Assembly: GCA_964248365.1 (NCBI GenBank)
Contig: CAXTYC010000015.1
Location: 32,001-96,000, forward strand
Reading direction: 5' to 3'
Length of the DNA stretch: 64,000 bases
Origin: an uncultured Chroococcidiopsis sp.
Lineage (GTDB): Bacteria > Cyanobacteriota > Cyanobacteriia > Cyanobacteriales > Chroococcidiopsidaceae
This document shows, in pieces, positions 41,245 through 50,247 of this stretch; the first letter of the stretch is position 1, and each line of letters opens with the position of its first letter. The notes under the pieces are model-generated. The model ran no database searches. It worked only from the letters and a program-made list of their open reading frames with translations, and had not been told where the DNA came from. A program made the translations under genes and the position numbers.

Positions 41245-41746
41245 TTGTGGCGTTCAAATTCTAATTGAGTGCAAAAAAAAATTTTGTTTTTTGTCTGCTT
41301 GGTGATATTATTAAATTAGCCTAGATGGTTTACTTAATAGTCGGAATATTGGCGTTTATCAAAAATAGATTATATCCCCATTGTTAAATAGTACCACAAG
41401 AGGGAAAATAATAAAATTAGCAATTACAATTTTTTATTTCGCTGCCAATATCCATAAATTTACATTTAGGTTTCCCCACTACCTCTTGTTACTCAGAACA
41501 AAGGTTAAAAAATTATTTTAAGGTGGGCATGGGTGGCATACTGTACTGTGGTGTTTAAATTGAAAATATTTGCCCAAAAAAATTTTGTTTTTTAGTCGGC
41601 TTGGTGATATTATTAAATTAATCTAGATAGTTTAATTAATAATGGAAATAGCGAGATTTAAAAATTCGGGTCTATATCTCCATTATAAAATAATATCATT
41701 AAATTCAAAAGTGATCGTGTCGCTCATTACAATTCTTGATTTCGCT
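41245..41746. repeat. Diverged ~200-bp direct duplication (41245-41445 / 41547-41746)
   Basis: Shared AAAAAAATTTTGTTTTTT..GCTTGGTGATATTATTAAATTA..CTAGAT..TATATC.CCATT..ATTACAATT.TT.ATTTCGCTG. Confidence 0.8.
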
Positions 41747-41799
41747 GAAAATTGAAGCTGTAGGTGGGCAATGCCCACCCTAGGATTACTACGATTACT

Positions 41800-43254
41800 T
41801 TAAATATCTAACAAACCATATTTTTTCTGTAAATTTAGTAATTTGATTCGGGCTTCTCCGGCGTTGTCTGCCAAATCTGCAAACTCGACAAATCGCTTTA
41901 ACTCTTTACGCAGCAGATTGCGTTCAACTTCCCAAGTTTGTCGATCCAATTCGGGAGGTAAGACAATCATATCGAATAAAGTGGCGCGTTCTTTGCCTGG
42001 TGATGGGCGTAAAATTCTGCCTCGACGTTGCACAAATTGGCGGGGGTTGCTGCTACTTGCAAGAATTACAGCAGTTTGAATTGCTGGAATATCTACACCT
42101 TCGTCTAAACACCGAATTGCTACTAAACCCTGCAAATCACCCGTTTCAAATTGTCGTCGTAGGTTTTCTCGTTGTGCTAGGGGTGTCTTTGCCGTATAGG
42201 TGTTAACTCGGTAGCCTAGTTCTACACCTAGCATTCTAGCTACAGCTGCAAGTTGGCGATCGCTTTCTTGACTGGTTGCACCCTCGACCGTACCATCACC
42301 ACAATAAAATAAAGTGTGGCTAGTATCAAGACGGTTTATCATCAACTCTCGCAAAGCCTGCAATTTGTTTGCTGCTGCACCGATTAATCTAGCTCTTTGC
42401 ATCAATAATGGTGTCACATCACCGTTTGCACCTTCTTCTTTTGAGCCAAGTACCCAGCCAATCCTAGTAGTTAATCGAGCATATGCCCCCGCTTCTGCCT
42501 GGGTCAAGTCTACCAGAATTGGGTAATAAAGGTAATGAACTAGCGCCCCTTGGCGGATAGCATCTCCCAAGGTGAGTTCTGGTTGTAAAACAGAACCAAA
42601 GTAATCGAAGATAAAAGAGGTTCCTTCTTCATCAAAATACCTTTCTGGTGTGGCAGATAAGGCGAGGCGCAGCCCAATTGTACGTGGTAAACTTTCCTCC
42701 AGGCGAGTAGCACCTAAGTTATGTGCTTCATCTCCGATGATTAGGGTTTTGTCGGGGAAATATTTCAGCTGCGACTGAAAGCCTTCGCTGATCAAGGTAG
42801 AATTTGTTGTGATGACTGTGACAAAGGAATTGCTACGCACATTGTACAATGCGGTTGATAATTGACTTTGCCAGTTGCGGACATTTTCAAAAGCTAAGAT
42901 TGGCTGTAAACCAAATTTCTCACATTCTCGCGCCCATTGGGTGACTAAGTGCCGATAAGGGCAAACTACCAGCAAGACTTGCAAGCCGATTTGTTGGTAT
43001 AGTTGAGATGCGATCGCCAATGCGGTAATTGTCTTGCCACTACCAGTCGCCATTTTCAGCGTACCTCTACCGTTATTGGCAAACCAGTTAGCAACTGCTT
43101 GTTGTTGGTATTGCCGCAATTGGATAGATGGGGGTATCCTAGGACATCCAGGTAGTGGCAGTCTGGGTACTGAATGGGGCTGATACTTGCCCTTATTTTC
43201 GCCTGCGACTACTAATTTTAAGCTTTGCCGCTTGGCTTGCTGCGTTAAATACAT
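41800..43254 (-). CDS. Phosphorothioation-system restriction enzyme-like SF2 helicase (TIGR04095 / PbeA-like, no PLD domain)
   Basis: LRQYQ, MATGSGKT, DEAH, LSATPER, LDEGVDIP, QRRGRILR. Confidence 0.88.
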   Translation of the reverse strand: MYLTQQAKRQSLKLVVAGENKGKYQPHSVPRLPLPGCPRIPPSIQLRQYQQQAVANWFANNGRGTLKMATGSGKTITALAIASQLYQQIGLQVLLVVCPYRHLVTQWARECEKFGLQPILAFENVRNWQSQLSTALYNVRSNSFVTVITTNSTLISEGFQSQLKYFPDKTLIIGDEAHNLGATRLEESLPRTIGLRLALSATPERYFDEEGTSFIFDYFGSVLQPELTLGDAIRQGALVHYLYYPILVDLTQAEAGAYARLTTRIGWVLGSKEEGANGDVTPLLMQRARLIGAAANKLQALRELMINRLDTSHTLFYCGDGTVEGATSQESDRQLAAVARMLGVELGYRVNTYTAKTPLAQRENLRRQFETGDLQGLVAIRCLDEGVDIPAIQTAVILASSSNPRQFVQRRGRILRPSPGKERATLFDMIVLPPELDRQTWEVERNLLRKELKRFVEFADLADNAGEARIKLLNLQKKYGLLDI

Positions 43255-43306
43255 TATTCGAGACTCACTACAATCTAACTCAAGAACACCAGACATCTAT
43301 ATTTTT

Positions 43307-43432
43307 GGCGTTGCACAGATTTAGGATGATAGTGTCACGCAATAGACGCTAAGGCGCTAAGAAAAATTAGTTAGCTTTTAGAATCTTTAAGCTTGAATAA
43401 CTAGAAAATCATCACGTTTATTGTGCAACGCC
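43307..43432. mobile_element. MITE (126 bp)
   Basis: Perfect 11-bp TIR GGCGTTGCACA / TGTGCAACGCC; flanking 8-mers ATATTTTT / ACATTTTT resemble a TSD. Confidence 0.78.
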
Positions 43433-43438
43433 ACATTT

Positions 43439-44050
43439 TTAGTTACAGTTGCGCCAGACACCGATGAGGGAACCTTGCACCTGCACTTGTCTAGCCGTAA
43501 CTTCTATGGGTTTGTACTTGGCATTTGCTGGCTTGAGGGTGACGCGATCGCCTTTACGATAAAAGCGCTTTAAAGTTGTACCATGTCCATCTACACGTGC
43601 AGCAACAATAGTGCCGTTTTTCACCTGTTCTGGATCTGATATTGGACACATGATCACTACATCACCTTCGGTAATATAGTCTTCGATCATGCTGTCACCC
43701 ATTACCCTTAAGGCAAAAGATTTGGGTGGTAAAAACAAGCTAGAAAAATCCAACTGTTCTACTGCATCTGTAAACGGTTCCACTAAACCGCCTGCTGCTA
43801 TAGCACCTAAAACTGGGATACCATGTTGCCTTGCTGGTGGTTGTAAAATCCGAATTGTCCGCGCTTTGCCTTCTGTCCACTCAATATATCCTTTAGCGCG
43901 TAAATGTTCCAACCGACTTTGAACAGGTGCTGGCGACTTGAGTTGCATCGCTTGCATCATCTGTCGAATTGATGGTGAATGCTGGTACAGCCGAACATAT
44001 TCGGCTAGCCAGTCATAGAGTTCTTGTTGAGCTGTTGTCAGGGGTTCCAT
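43439..44050 (-). CDS. lexA: SOS repressor LexA
   Basis: HTH PSIRQM..SPAPVQSRLEHL, cleavage site IAAG, catalytic GDSM and TLKR. Confidence 0.95.
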   Translation of the reverse strand: MEPLTTAQQELYDWLAEYVRLYQHSPSIRQMMQAMQLKSPAPVQSRLEHLRAKGYIEWTEGKARTIRILQPPARQHGIPVLGAIAAGGLVEPFTDAVEQLDFSSLFLPPKSFALRVMGDSMIEDYITEGDVVIMCPISDPEQVKNGTIVAARVDGHGTTLKRFYRKGDRVTLKPANAKYKPIEVTARQVQVQGSLIGVWRNCN

Positions 44051-44081
44051 AATTTGTAGTGATTTTCTCACTAACCTACAT

Positions 44082-44095
44082 AGAACATTCGTACT
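44082..44095 (-). promoter_or_regulatory. Cyanobacterial LexA box upstream of lexA
   Basis: Minus strand AGTACGAATGTTCT matches RGTACNNNDGTWCB. Confidence 0.85.
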
Positions 44096-44240
44096 ACATA
44101 AATGCCCCTGATGGCAAAAAAATTATTAATCAAGCAGTCAGAATTCAGGAGTCAGGAGTCACAATTGTGAATATTTGTTTTCTTATTTCCCCTTGTCCCC
44201 TTGTTTCCTTGTCCCTAGCCCCGCGCTTCCTCTGGTTCCC

Positions 44241-45161
44241 CTAGCCCCCAGCCCCTAGTAAACTTGCCAATAAAGCTTTTTGGGCGTGCATTCTATTTTC
44301 TGCCTGATCCCATACTCTTGATTGGGAGCCTTCGATCGCCTCATGGGTGATTTCTTCACCACGATGGGCTGGTAAACAGTGTAAAACAATTGCCTCCCGA
44401 TCTGCAATACTCAAAAGTTGTTCGTTTACTTGGTAGGGTTGAAAGATGGGAATACGGGAATTTGCTTCTGCTTCTTGTCCCATACTTGCCCAAACATCAG
44501 TATAAATTACATTAGCTCCTTTAGCAGCAACTTCGGGTTCTTCGGTTACAATTACCTCTGTTTGGGGAAGGGCGATCGCTTTTGCTTTCTCAACCATCGC
44601 TGCATCCGGTTTAAATTCGGCAGGTGTAGCAATTCTGACATTCATTCCTACCAATGCACAGCCTAATAGCAAAGAATGAGCGACGTTATTACCATCACCC
44701 AAATATGTTAATGTCAAGCCTGCCAGACTGCCAAAACACTCTTGGATTGTGAGTAAATCTGCCAAAATCTGACAAGGATGCTCTAAATCAGTCAAAGCAT
44801 TCACTACAGGAATTTTGGCATAGTGAGCAAAGGTTTCTAATTGCTGCTGCTCAAACGTGCGAATCGCTAAAATATCTAAATATCGATCTAAAACTCGCGC
44901 TGTGTCTTCGACTGGTTCGCCGCGACTCACTTGGGTGGTACTGGTATTAAGATCGATCACTTGTCCACCTAGCCCGTACATTGCTACGGAAAAACTCACT
45001 CTGGTACGAGTGGAAGCTTTGTAAAACAATAGCCCTAAAACTTTATTGCATCGTAGGTTCAATCCTGATTTCAAATCTGCTGCTAATTGCAGCAGTTCTT
45101 GAACTTCCTCTGCGCTCAGATCTGCCAGACTTAATAAATCTCTTCCCTTCAATGCTGCCAT
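44241..45161 (-). CDS. argF: Ornithine carbamoyltransferase
   Basis: STRTR, HPCQ, GDGNN, DVWASMG, HCLP, AENR. Confidence 0.96.
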   Translation of the reverse strand: MAALKGRDLLSLADLSAEEVQELLQLAADLKSGLNLRCNKVLGLLFYKASTRTRVSFSVAMYGLGGQVIDLNTSTTQVSRGEPVEDTARVLDRYLDILAIRTFEQQQLETFAHYAKIPVVNALTDLEHPCQILADLLTIQECFGSLAGLTLTYLGDGNNVAHSLLLGCALVGMNVRIATPAEFKPDAAMVEKAKAIALPQTEVIVTEEPEVAAKGANVIYTDVWASMGQEAEANSRIPIFQPYQVNEQLLSIADREAIVLHCLPAHRGEEITHEAIEGSQSRVWDQAENRMHAQKALLASLLGAGG

Positions 45162-45458
45162 GCTTGTCAGTAAACAGTGAAGAACAATGCACGAAATGAA
45201 AATTCTCACAGCAAGATTTTGCTGTGTTTAGCTAGCTGTGTCACAAAAATTCTGATTTTAAGACAGTAGCAGATTTTTTGAAGTTAGCACAGTCGGAAAA
45301 TGTGGATTTGCTGACTTTAGCGATCGCAAGATATGAACCGCAAAGACGCAAAGAGCGCAAAGGAAGAAATACAAAGAAATGTTAGCTTTTGCTAATGTCA
45401 TAAATCAGTATTACTGAGTATGGCTTTTCTCTAGTCACTGGTTCCACCCGTTTAAAGC

Positions 45459-45488
45459 TTGCCAAAACATCTGTGTATGTGCTAATAT
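45459..45488 (+). promoter_or_regulatory. Sigma70-type promoter of tRNA-Thr
   Basis: TTGCCA-18 nt-TAATAT with TG extension, 10 nt before the tRNA. Confidence 0.6.
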
Positions 45489-45498
45489 AGTTAATTGT

Positions 45499-45570
45499 GC
45501 TGGTGTAGCTCAGTGGTAGAGCAGCTGATTTGTAATCAGCCGGTCGCAGGTTCAAATCCCGTCACCAGCT
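45499..45570 (+). tRNA. trnT: tRNA-Thr(UGU)
   Basis: Acceptor GCTGGTG/CACCAGC, D-arm TAGCTCAGTGGTAGAGC, anticodon arm GCTGA-TTTGTAA-TCAGC, T-loop GGTTCAAATCC; no encoded CCA. Confidence 0.95.
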
Positions 45571-46799
45571 TTGTATGCCTCATAGAGTTGATCCAAGCGT
45601 AGAAGTGTTTGCAGCAGCACATTAGCGCCCTGAGTACATTGCTCTGGAGAGGTGTATTCGTCTTGGGCATGACTTATTCCGGCAAGGCTGGGGACGAAGA
45701 TCATACCCATGTCAGCAAAGCGACCAATTTCCTGGGCATCATGTCCGGCACGACTGGGTAGATGACAATAGCTTAACCCTAACTGCTGGCAAGAAGCGGC
45801 GATCGCATCTTGAATTTGCTCTGCTGCTAGGGTGGGTGATACCTGCAACGTTTGCGTCATAACAATTTCTGTTTGGGTAGCTGCCGCAATCTCACTCAAG
45901 TGCTGTTCCAACTTTGTAACTAAGTGATCCAAATGAGTTTGGGATAGATCGCGCAGGTCGATACTTAGGTCAACTTTTCCTGGTACTATATTGGTAGCAT
46001 TGGGCGAAACATTGAAAAAACCTACAGTTGCCACCGCATCCCCTGGAATTTGGGTTGCTAGATTATTCACAGCCAAGACTATTTGAGATGCTGCAACTAA
46101 AGCATCTTTGCGTAGATGCATTGGTGTAGTTCCAGCATGGTTAGGACGACCTGTAACACTCACCTGGTAGCGATATTGTCCTACAACTCCCGTAACCACT
46201 CCAATCGAATCGCCTGTATTTTCCAATACGCCCCCTTGCTCAACGTGTAGCTCAACGAAGGCAGCAATTTCACCAGGTTGTCGTCTTGACGTAGCGAGTT
46301 TTGACCAATCACCGCCAATTCGTTCTAGACAAGTTTGCATAGAAGTACCATCACGACGACGATAGTATTCTGGATCTTTTACTAAAGTACCAGCCATTGC
46401 TTTGCAGCCAATCACGCTGCTTTCTTCGTCGGTAAATACTATTACCTCAACCGGATGATTCAGTCGGATAGCATTTTCTTGCAATACCCGCACTACCTCG
46501 ATTCCTGCTAGTACCCCCAACACTCCATCGTAGCGACCAGCCACTGGTACTGTATCGATATGAGATCCTGTTGCTAACGCGCATCCACCTTCTCGCACTG
46601 GGGCATAAGTGCCGATGATGTTACCTGCGGCATCGATGCGAACTGTCATGCCAGCTTCTACCATCCAAGATTGTACTAGCTGTCGTGCCAGTAAGTCTTC
46701 AGGACTAAAAGCAATCCGACTGACACCACCTGCTGGTAATTTCCCGATTTGGGCTAGTTGGGCAATGCTACGATTGAGGCGATCGCTATTTACATTCAT
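45552..46799 (-). CDS. M20 Zn-dependent hydrolase, probable allantoate amidohydrolase
   Basis: GSHIDTV..GRYDG, DEE, ELHVEQG, NHAGTTPM, SRAGHDA, GISH; purine-catabolism context. Confidence 0.88.
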   Translation of the reverse strand: MNVNSDRLNRSIAQLAQIGKLPAGGVSRIAFSPEDLLARQLVQSWMVEAGMTVRIDAAGNIIGTYAPVREGGCALATGSHIDTVPVAGRYDGVLGVLAGIEVVRVLQENAIRLNHPVEVIVFTDEESSVIGCKAMAGTLVKDPEYYRRRDGTSMQTCLERIGGDWSKLATSRRQPGEIAAFVELHVEQGGVLENTGDSIGVVTGVVGQYRYQVSVTGRPNHAGTTPMHLRKDALVAASQIVLAVNNLATQIPGDAVATVGFFNVSPNATNIVPGKVDLSIDLRDLSQTHLDHLVTKLEQHLSEIAAATQTEIVMTQTLQVSPTLAAEQIQDAIAASCQQLGLSYCHLPSRAGHDAQEIGRFADMGMIFVPSLAGISHAQDEYTSPEQCTQGANVLLQTLLRLDQLYEAYKAGDGI

Positions 46800-46859
46800 A
46801 ATTCAGAATTCATAATGAATAATTCTCCCCTTTGCTCCGCTTTGCTCTCTTAAACGCCC

Positions 46860-46964
46860 CTACCTAGATTGACGGCAAAAGAAAAATTGACCTGCCGCTA
46901 GAGCTAGAGCTTGTTGGGTATCTAAGCTAGCATTGGGTAAGCTATTTTTTATTCCAGTTGTCAT
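46860..46964 (-). CDS. Possible 34-aa small ORF upstream of the amidohydrolase
   Basis: MTTGIKNSLPNASLDTQQALALAAGQFFFCRQSR*; no recognised family. Confidence 0.35.
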   Translation of the reverse strand: MTTGIKNSLPNASLDTQQALALAAGQFFFCRQSR

Positions 46965-47133
46965 GGCTCGTTTCGTTTAAATGAAGATAGTTGTGAAAGG
47001 AAATTACATTTGTCCCAGATCTAGTAACATCACAAGTAAAGGTATGGTTATTTCAACAAATTATTAACGCTGTTATTTGTAACGTTAGAGCTTTGCATCA
47101 TTCACAAGTATGAACTTATATCTCTGCTCAACT

Positions 47134-47148
47134 TGTATACTGTATACA
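47134..47148. promoter_or_regulatory. Candidate GntR/FadR operator
   Basis: TGTATACTGTATACA in the divergent promoter upstream of the GntR gene. Confidence 0.55.
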
Positions 47149-47230
47149 GTAATACTTGAAAAATTAATGTACTGACTTATACCTTTTAGAAATTAAAATA
47201 GTAAACACCTTATTCACTTAGCTTATAACC

Positions 47231-47956
47231 GTGAGGAGTGTGATTTTGCCCCTCTCGCCTAGCTCACTACAGCGAAATAAATCTTTACAAGAGCAAACTT
47301 ATCAGGCGCTTAAAACTGCCATTCTCTCAGGAGAACTGGCTCCGGGACAGCGGCTAGTGGAAACCCAGCTAGCTAAGAAACTACAGGTTAGCAGAACGCC
47401 GATTCGAGAAGCGATTGGGCTACTCCAGCATGAGAATCTGGCAACCATCGACTCAAATGGTGTAGTGCGCGTTGCCACAATTTCGATTGAGGATGCTGTA
47501 CAACTGTATGACTGCCGGATTGCCTTAGAGCAGCTGTCGGTGATTGGAGCTTGCCAGAATGCGACTGATTCACAGCTAAAGGAACTCGAACTGATGGTCG
47601 AGCAAGCAGAAAAGCTGGTGAACAGTAAACCGTCTTCATTAACTAGCTTTCGCCTACTTGACCTCGACTATCGTTTTCATCGTCTGCTGGTTCAGAGTTC
47701 TGGGAACGCGTGGCTAGTGGATCTTCTAGATCAGGTATTTGATAAAATGCAACTGCTAAGGATTCAGACGACAAAGAATAACCCAAATGTACTGGAAATT
47801 CGTACAGAGCATCGGCAAATTTATAAACCAGTGCAACAGCGCAACCCAGAAGCAGCTGTTCAGGCAATCAAAGAACACCTAATAGCTAGTAAGGAGAGAG
47901 TAATCCGAGAAGTGCAGCAGCTGCAACACCGATCAAGCAGCACAGTAGAGACGTAG
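47231..47956 (+). CDS. GntR-family regulator (FCD domain)
   Basis: GELAPGQRLVETQLAKKLQVSRTPIREA; FH...SGN; EHRQI. Confidence 0.93.
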   Translation: MRSVILPLSPSSLQRNKSLQEQTYQALKTAILSGELAPGQRLVETQLAKKLQVSRTPIREAIGLLQHENLATIDSNGVVRVATISIEDAVQLYDCRIALEQLSVIGACQNATDSQLKELELMVEQAEKLVNSKPSSLTSFRLLDLDYRFHRLLVQSSGNAWLVDLLDQVFDKMQLLRIQTTKNNPNVLEIRTEHRQIYKPVQQRNPEAAVQAIKEHLIASKERVIREVQQLQHRSSSTVET

Positions 47957-48027
47957 CATTGCAACGTCTGTACAAAGCATTGCTACGTCTGTACAAAGTA
48001 GAGACGTAGTATACTACATCTGTACAA
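47945..48027. repeat. REP-like palindromic repeat cluster
   Basis: GTAGAGACGTAGCATTGCAACGTCTGTACA and variants; related copies at ~2957-2986 and ~31100-31143. Confidence 0.75.
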
Positions 48028-48039
48028 AAGATAAAACAA

Positions 48040-48447
48040 ATGACAGAAACTCAACTAGGTGTGAAGCGGGTTTTCATTTGTGGTTCTGCTCTACGTGGAC
48101 AACCAGATCACAAAAATCTCAGGGATGCAATGTTTATCAAACAAGCAGCAACTCTTCCTCGCTACCGACTCCATGCGGCTGTTGATGGTTGGCATCCGGC
48201 AATTTACGAAGTTGAAACTGGAGGAATTTCAATTCCTGGTGAAGTGTACGAGCTAACTTTAGAGCAGTACGAACACTTATCGGCAACCGAGCCGCCTAAT
48301 ATGTATCCTGGTGATGTAGTTCTGGAGGATGGAGAAGTATTGACAGCCTTTCTCTACCCGCGCGAACTAGTCGAGAAATACAACTGGATAGATATTTCTG
48401 ATTATGGCGGTTGGGCTGCTTATAAAGCTAGTTCTGAGGTAAGCTAA
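48040..48447 (+). CDS. Gamma-glutamylcyclotransferase-fold / allophanate hydrolase C-terminal-like protein
   Basis: FICGSALRGQPDH, YRL, IPGEVYE, EPP, DISDYGGWAAY. Confidence 0.8.
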   Translation: MTETQLGVKRVFICGSALRGQPDHKNLRDAMFIKQAATLPRYRLHAAVDGWHPAIYEVETGGISIPGEVYELTLEQYEHLSATEPPNMYPGDVVLEDGEVLTAFLYPRELVEKYNWIDISDYGGWAAYKASSEVS

Positions 48448-48459
48448 TGTCCAGATACT

Positions 48460-50247
48460 TTAGAAACTAAACACAGTTCGCAAATTACCTACGTAGATTG
48501 TAGGGTTGTCGCTAAAGTTGTTGGGATTTTCAATCATATAAAAAGCAGGGGCGATCGCAATATTATCTGTCAGTGGGAAGTAGTATGTAGCTTCAAATTC
48601 GTATTGAATGCCACCATCACCGCCCCCTGATACGAGAAAGTTACGACCATCCAAAATTGAAAATGGAATGACATAGGAAAATGTTAATAATGCCCCCTCT
48701 TTACCCAAGTCGGGAAAACCAAGCCCAGCTTGAACTGATTGGGCATTCACCTCACCGTTTGGTCTACCTGGAGTTAAGGGAAATATATTCGTACTACCGT
48801 AGGTATAGCGTCCAAACACACCCAAGCCGCTGGAGATCAGCCAATCAAAGTTAAACTCATAGGTATCAGCCGTAGCATTATCAATTCGACCGCCAAAACC
48901 ATCATCGGCAAATCCATAAATCGGTTCTCCAATTGCACCGCCAACTTGTCCAGCCACAGCCCGAATATTAGAACGATTGTAAAGGAATCTCAAATTTAAG
49001 TTCTTGCTAGGGGAAAAAGTTAATTCGCTTGTCAGTGTGTTGGTAGGACTAAATAAACCTTGCCTGGGGTTACTCGATGAGTTGAATAAGCCACTCTCAA
49101 GAAATTCTGTGTTCTCACCCAAATAGGCTACATTCAACTTCAATTGGTCGTTTATCTCCCACAAAATAGCCGCTCCCGAACCGCGATCAATTGCGTTTAA
49201 CAAAGTACTACCGCTAGAGTTAAAGCTACTTGCACCCTTCAAGAAGAAAGTAAAACGATTATTATCAAAGTAGCGATACCAGTTAACTCTTGGACCAAAC
49301 ACTACCTGAATGTTATTAGTCACAGGGAAGCTATAGAAAAGTTCTCGAACGACTACGTTATTATCTGCGCCTGTTACACCCTTTTGGTCAGTATAAGGAA
49401 CGCCAAAGGTATTATATAAACCTGCTGAGACAAACTGATTAGCTGGAGAATTACCATTACCTGCTACTAATTGTGTAACTAGGCTATCTTTGCCTGTAAA
49501 TGATGTGTTGAAATTGAGAAATATATAATCACTGAAAGTAATATTGGGATCGTTATCAATTCGCCGCAACGCATTTGGAGTAGCCCTAGGCTGAGTCCTA
49601 AAAGCGGTTAGCCCTTCTGCTAACACCTCTCCATTTGCAAAAGCTCCTGTAACATTGAGGAATATATCAGCAGTTAGTTTCGTCGTTGTAGAAAAAGAAT
49701 TTGCTTCTAGTTCGGCTGTCTGCGCTTCTAAAGCATCTACCCTGACACGTAAAGTAGCTAGTTCTGTTGCAAATTCCGTTTGCAACTTTTGCACTGTAGC
49801 TAAATCATCTTTACTTACCGAATCGGTAGTAGCAGTTGCTATCAGTTCATTTATTCGATCTAAACAAGCATTCAAACCTGCTGCAAATTCATAACGAGTT
49901 AAAGCACGATTTCCTCTAAAGGTACTATCTGGATATCCGGCAATGCAACCATATCTTTCTACTAAAGATTGTAATGCCCCAAAAGCCCAATCTGTTGGCT
50001 GCACGTCTGAAAGTTGAGATACAGATGTGACCTGCGCCATTGTATTATTGGTAGCAGCATTCTTTTTAAACTCATCTACCGTCAAAATTGGCAGGAATTG
50101 ATTTTGGTTTTTATTAGCAGTTGCTGCCTCAACTTCATTACTTATTGCTTTGGATATATTCAGAGAAATCACAGTTAAAAAAAACAACAAAGCTAGCGAA
50201 ATTTTTGGAGGGAGCGCCCCAATTATATTATTCGCAACCTGAATCAT
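48460..50247 (-). CDS. SLH-domain / OprB-type outer-membrane porin
   Basis: VTSVSQLSDVQPTDWAF.ALQSLVERYGCIAGYPD, FSTTTKL, terminal LRTVFSF. Confidence 0.92.
   Translation of the reverse strand: MIQVANNIIGALPPKISLALLFFLTVISLNISKAISNEVEAATANKNQNQFLPILTVDEFKKNAATNNTMAQVTSVSQLSDVQPTDWAFGALQSLVERYGCIAGYPDSTFRGNRALTRYEFAAGLNACLDRINELIATATTDSVSKDDLATVQKLQTEFATELATLRVRVDALEAQTAELEANSFSTTTKLTADIFLNVTGAFANGEVLAEGLTAFRTQPRATPNALRRIDNDPNITFSDYIFLNFNTSFTGKDSLVTQLVAGNGNSPANQFVSAGLYNTFGVPYTDQKGVTGADNNVVVRELFYSFPVTNNIQVVFGPRVNWYRYFDNNRFTFFLKGASSFNSSGSTLLNAIDRGSGAAILWEINDQLKLNVAYLGENTEFLESGLFNSSSNPRQGLFSPTNTLTSELTFSPSKNLNLRFLYNRSNIRAVAGQVGGAIGEPIYGFADDGFGGRIDNATADTYEFNFDWLISSGLGVFGRYTYGSTNIFPLTPGRPNGEVNAQSVQAGLGFPDLGKEGALLTFSYVIPFSILDGRNFLVSGGGDGGIQYEFEATYYFPLTDNIAIAPAFYMIENPNNFSDNPTIYVGNLRTVFSF

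Noticed and set aside
47945..48027. ~30-nt palindromic repeats as a mini-CRISPR
   Set aside because: No spacers; degenerate copies are dispersed at ~2957 and ~31100, typical of REP-like elements
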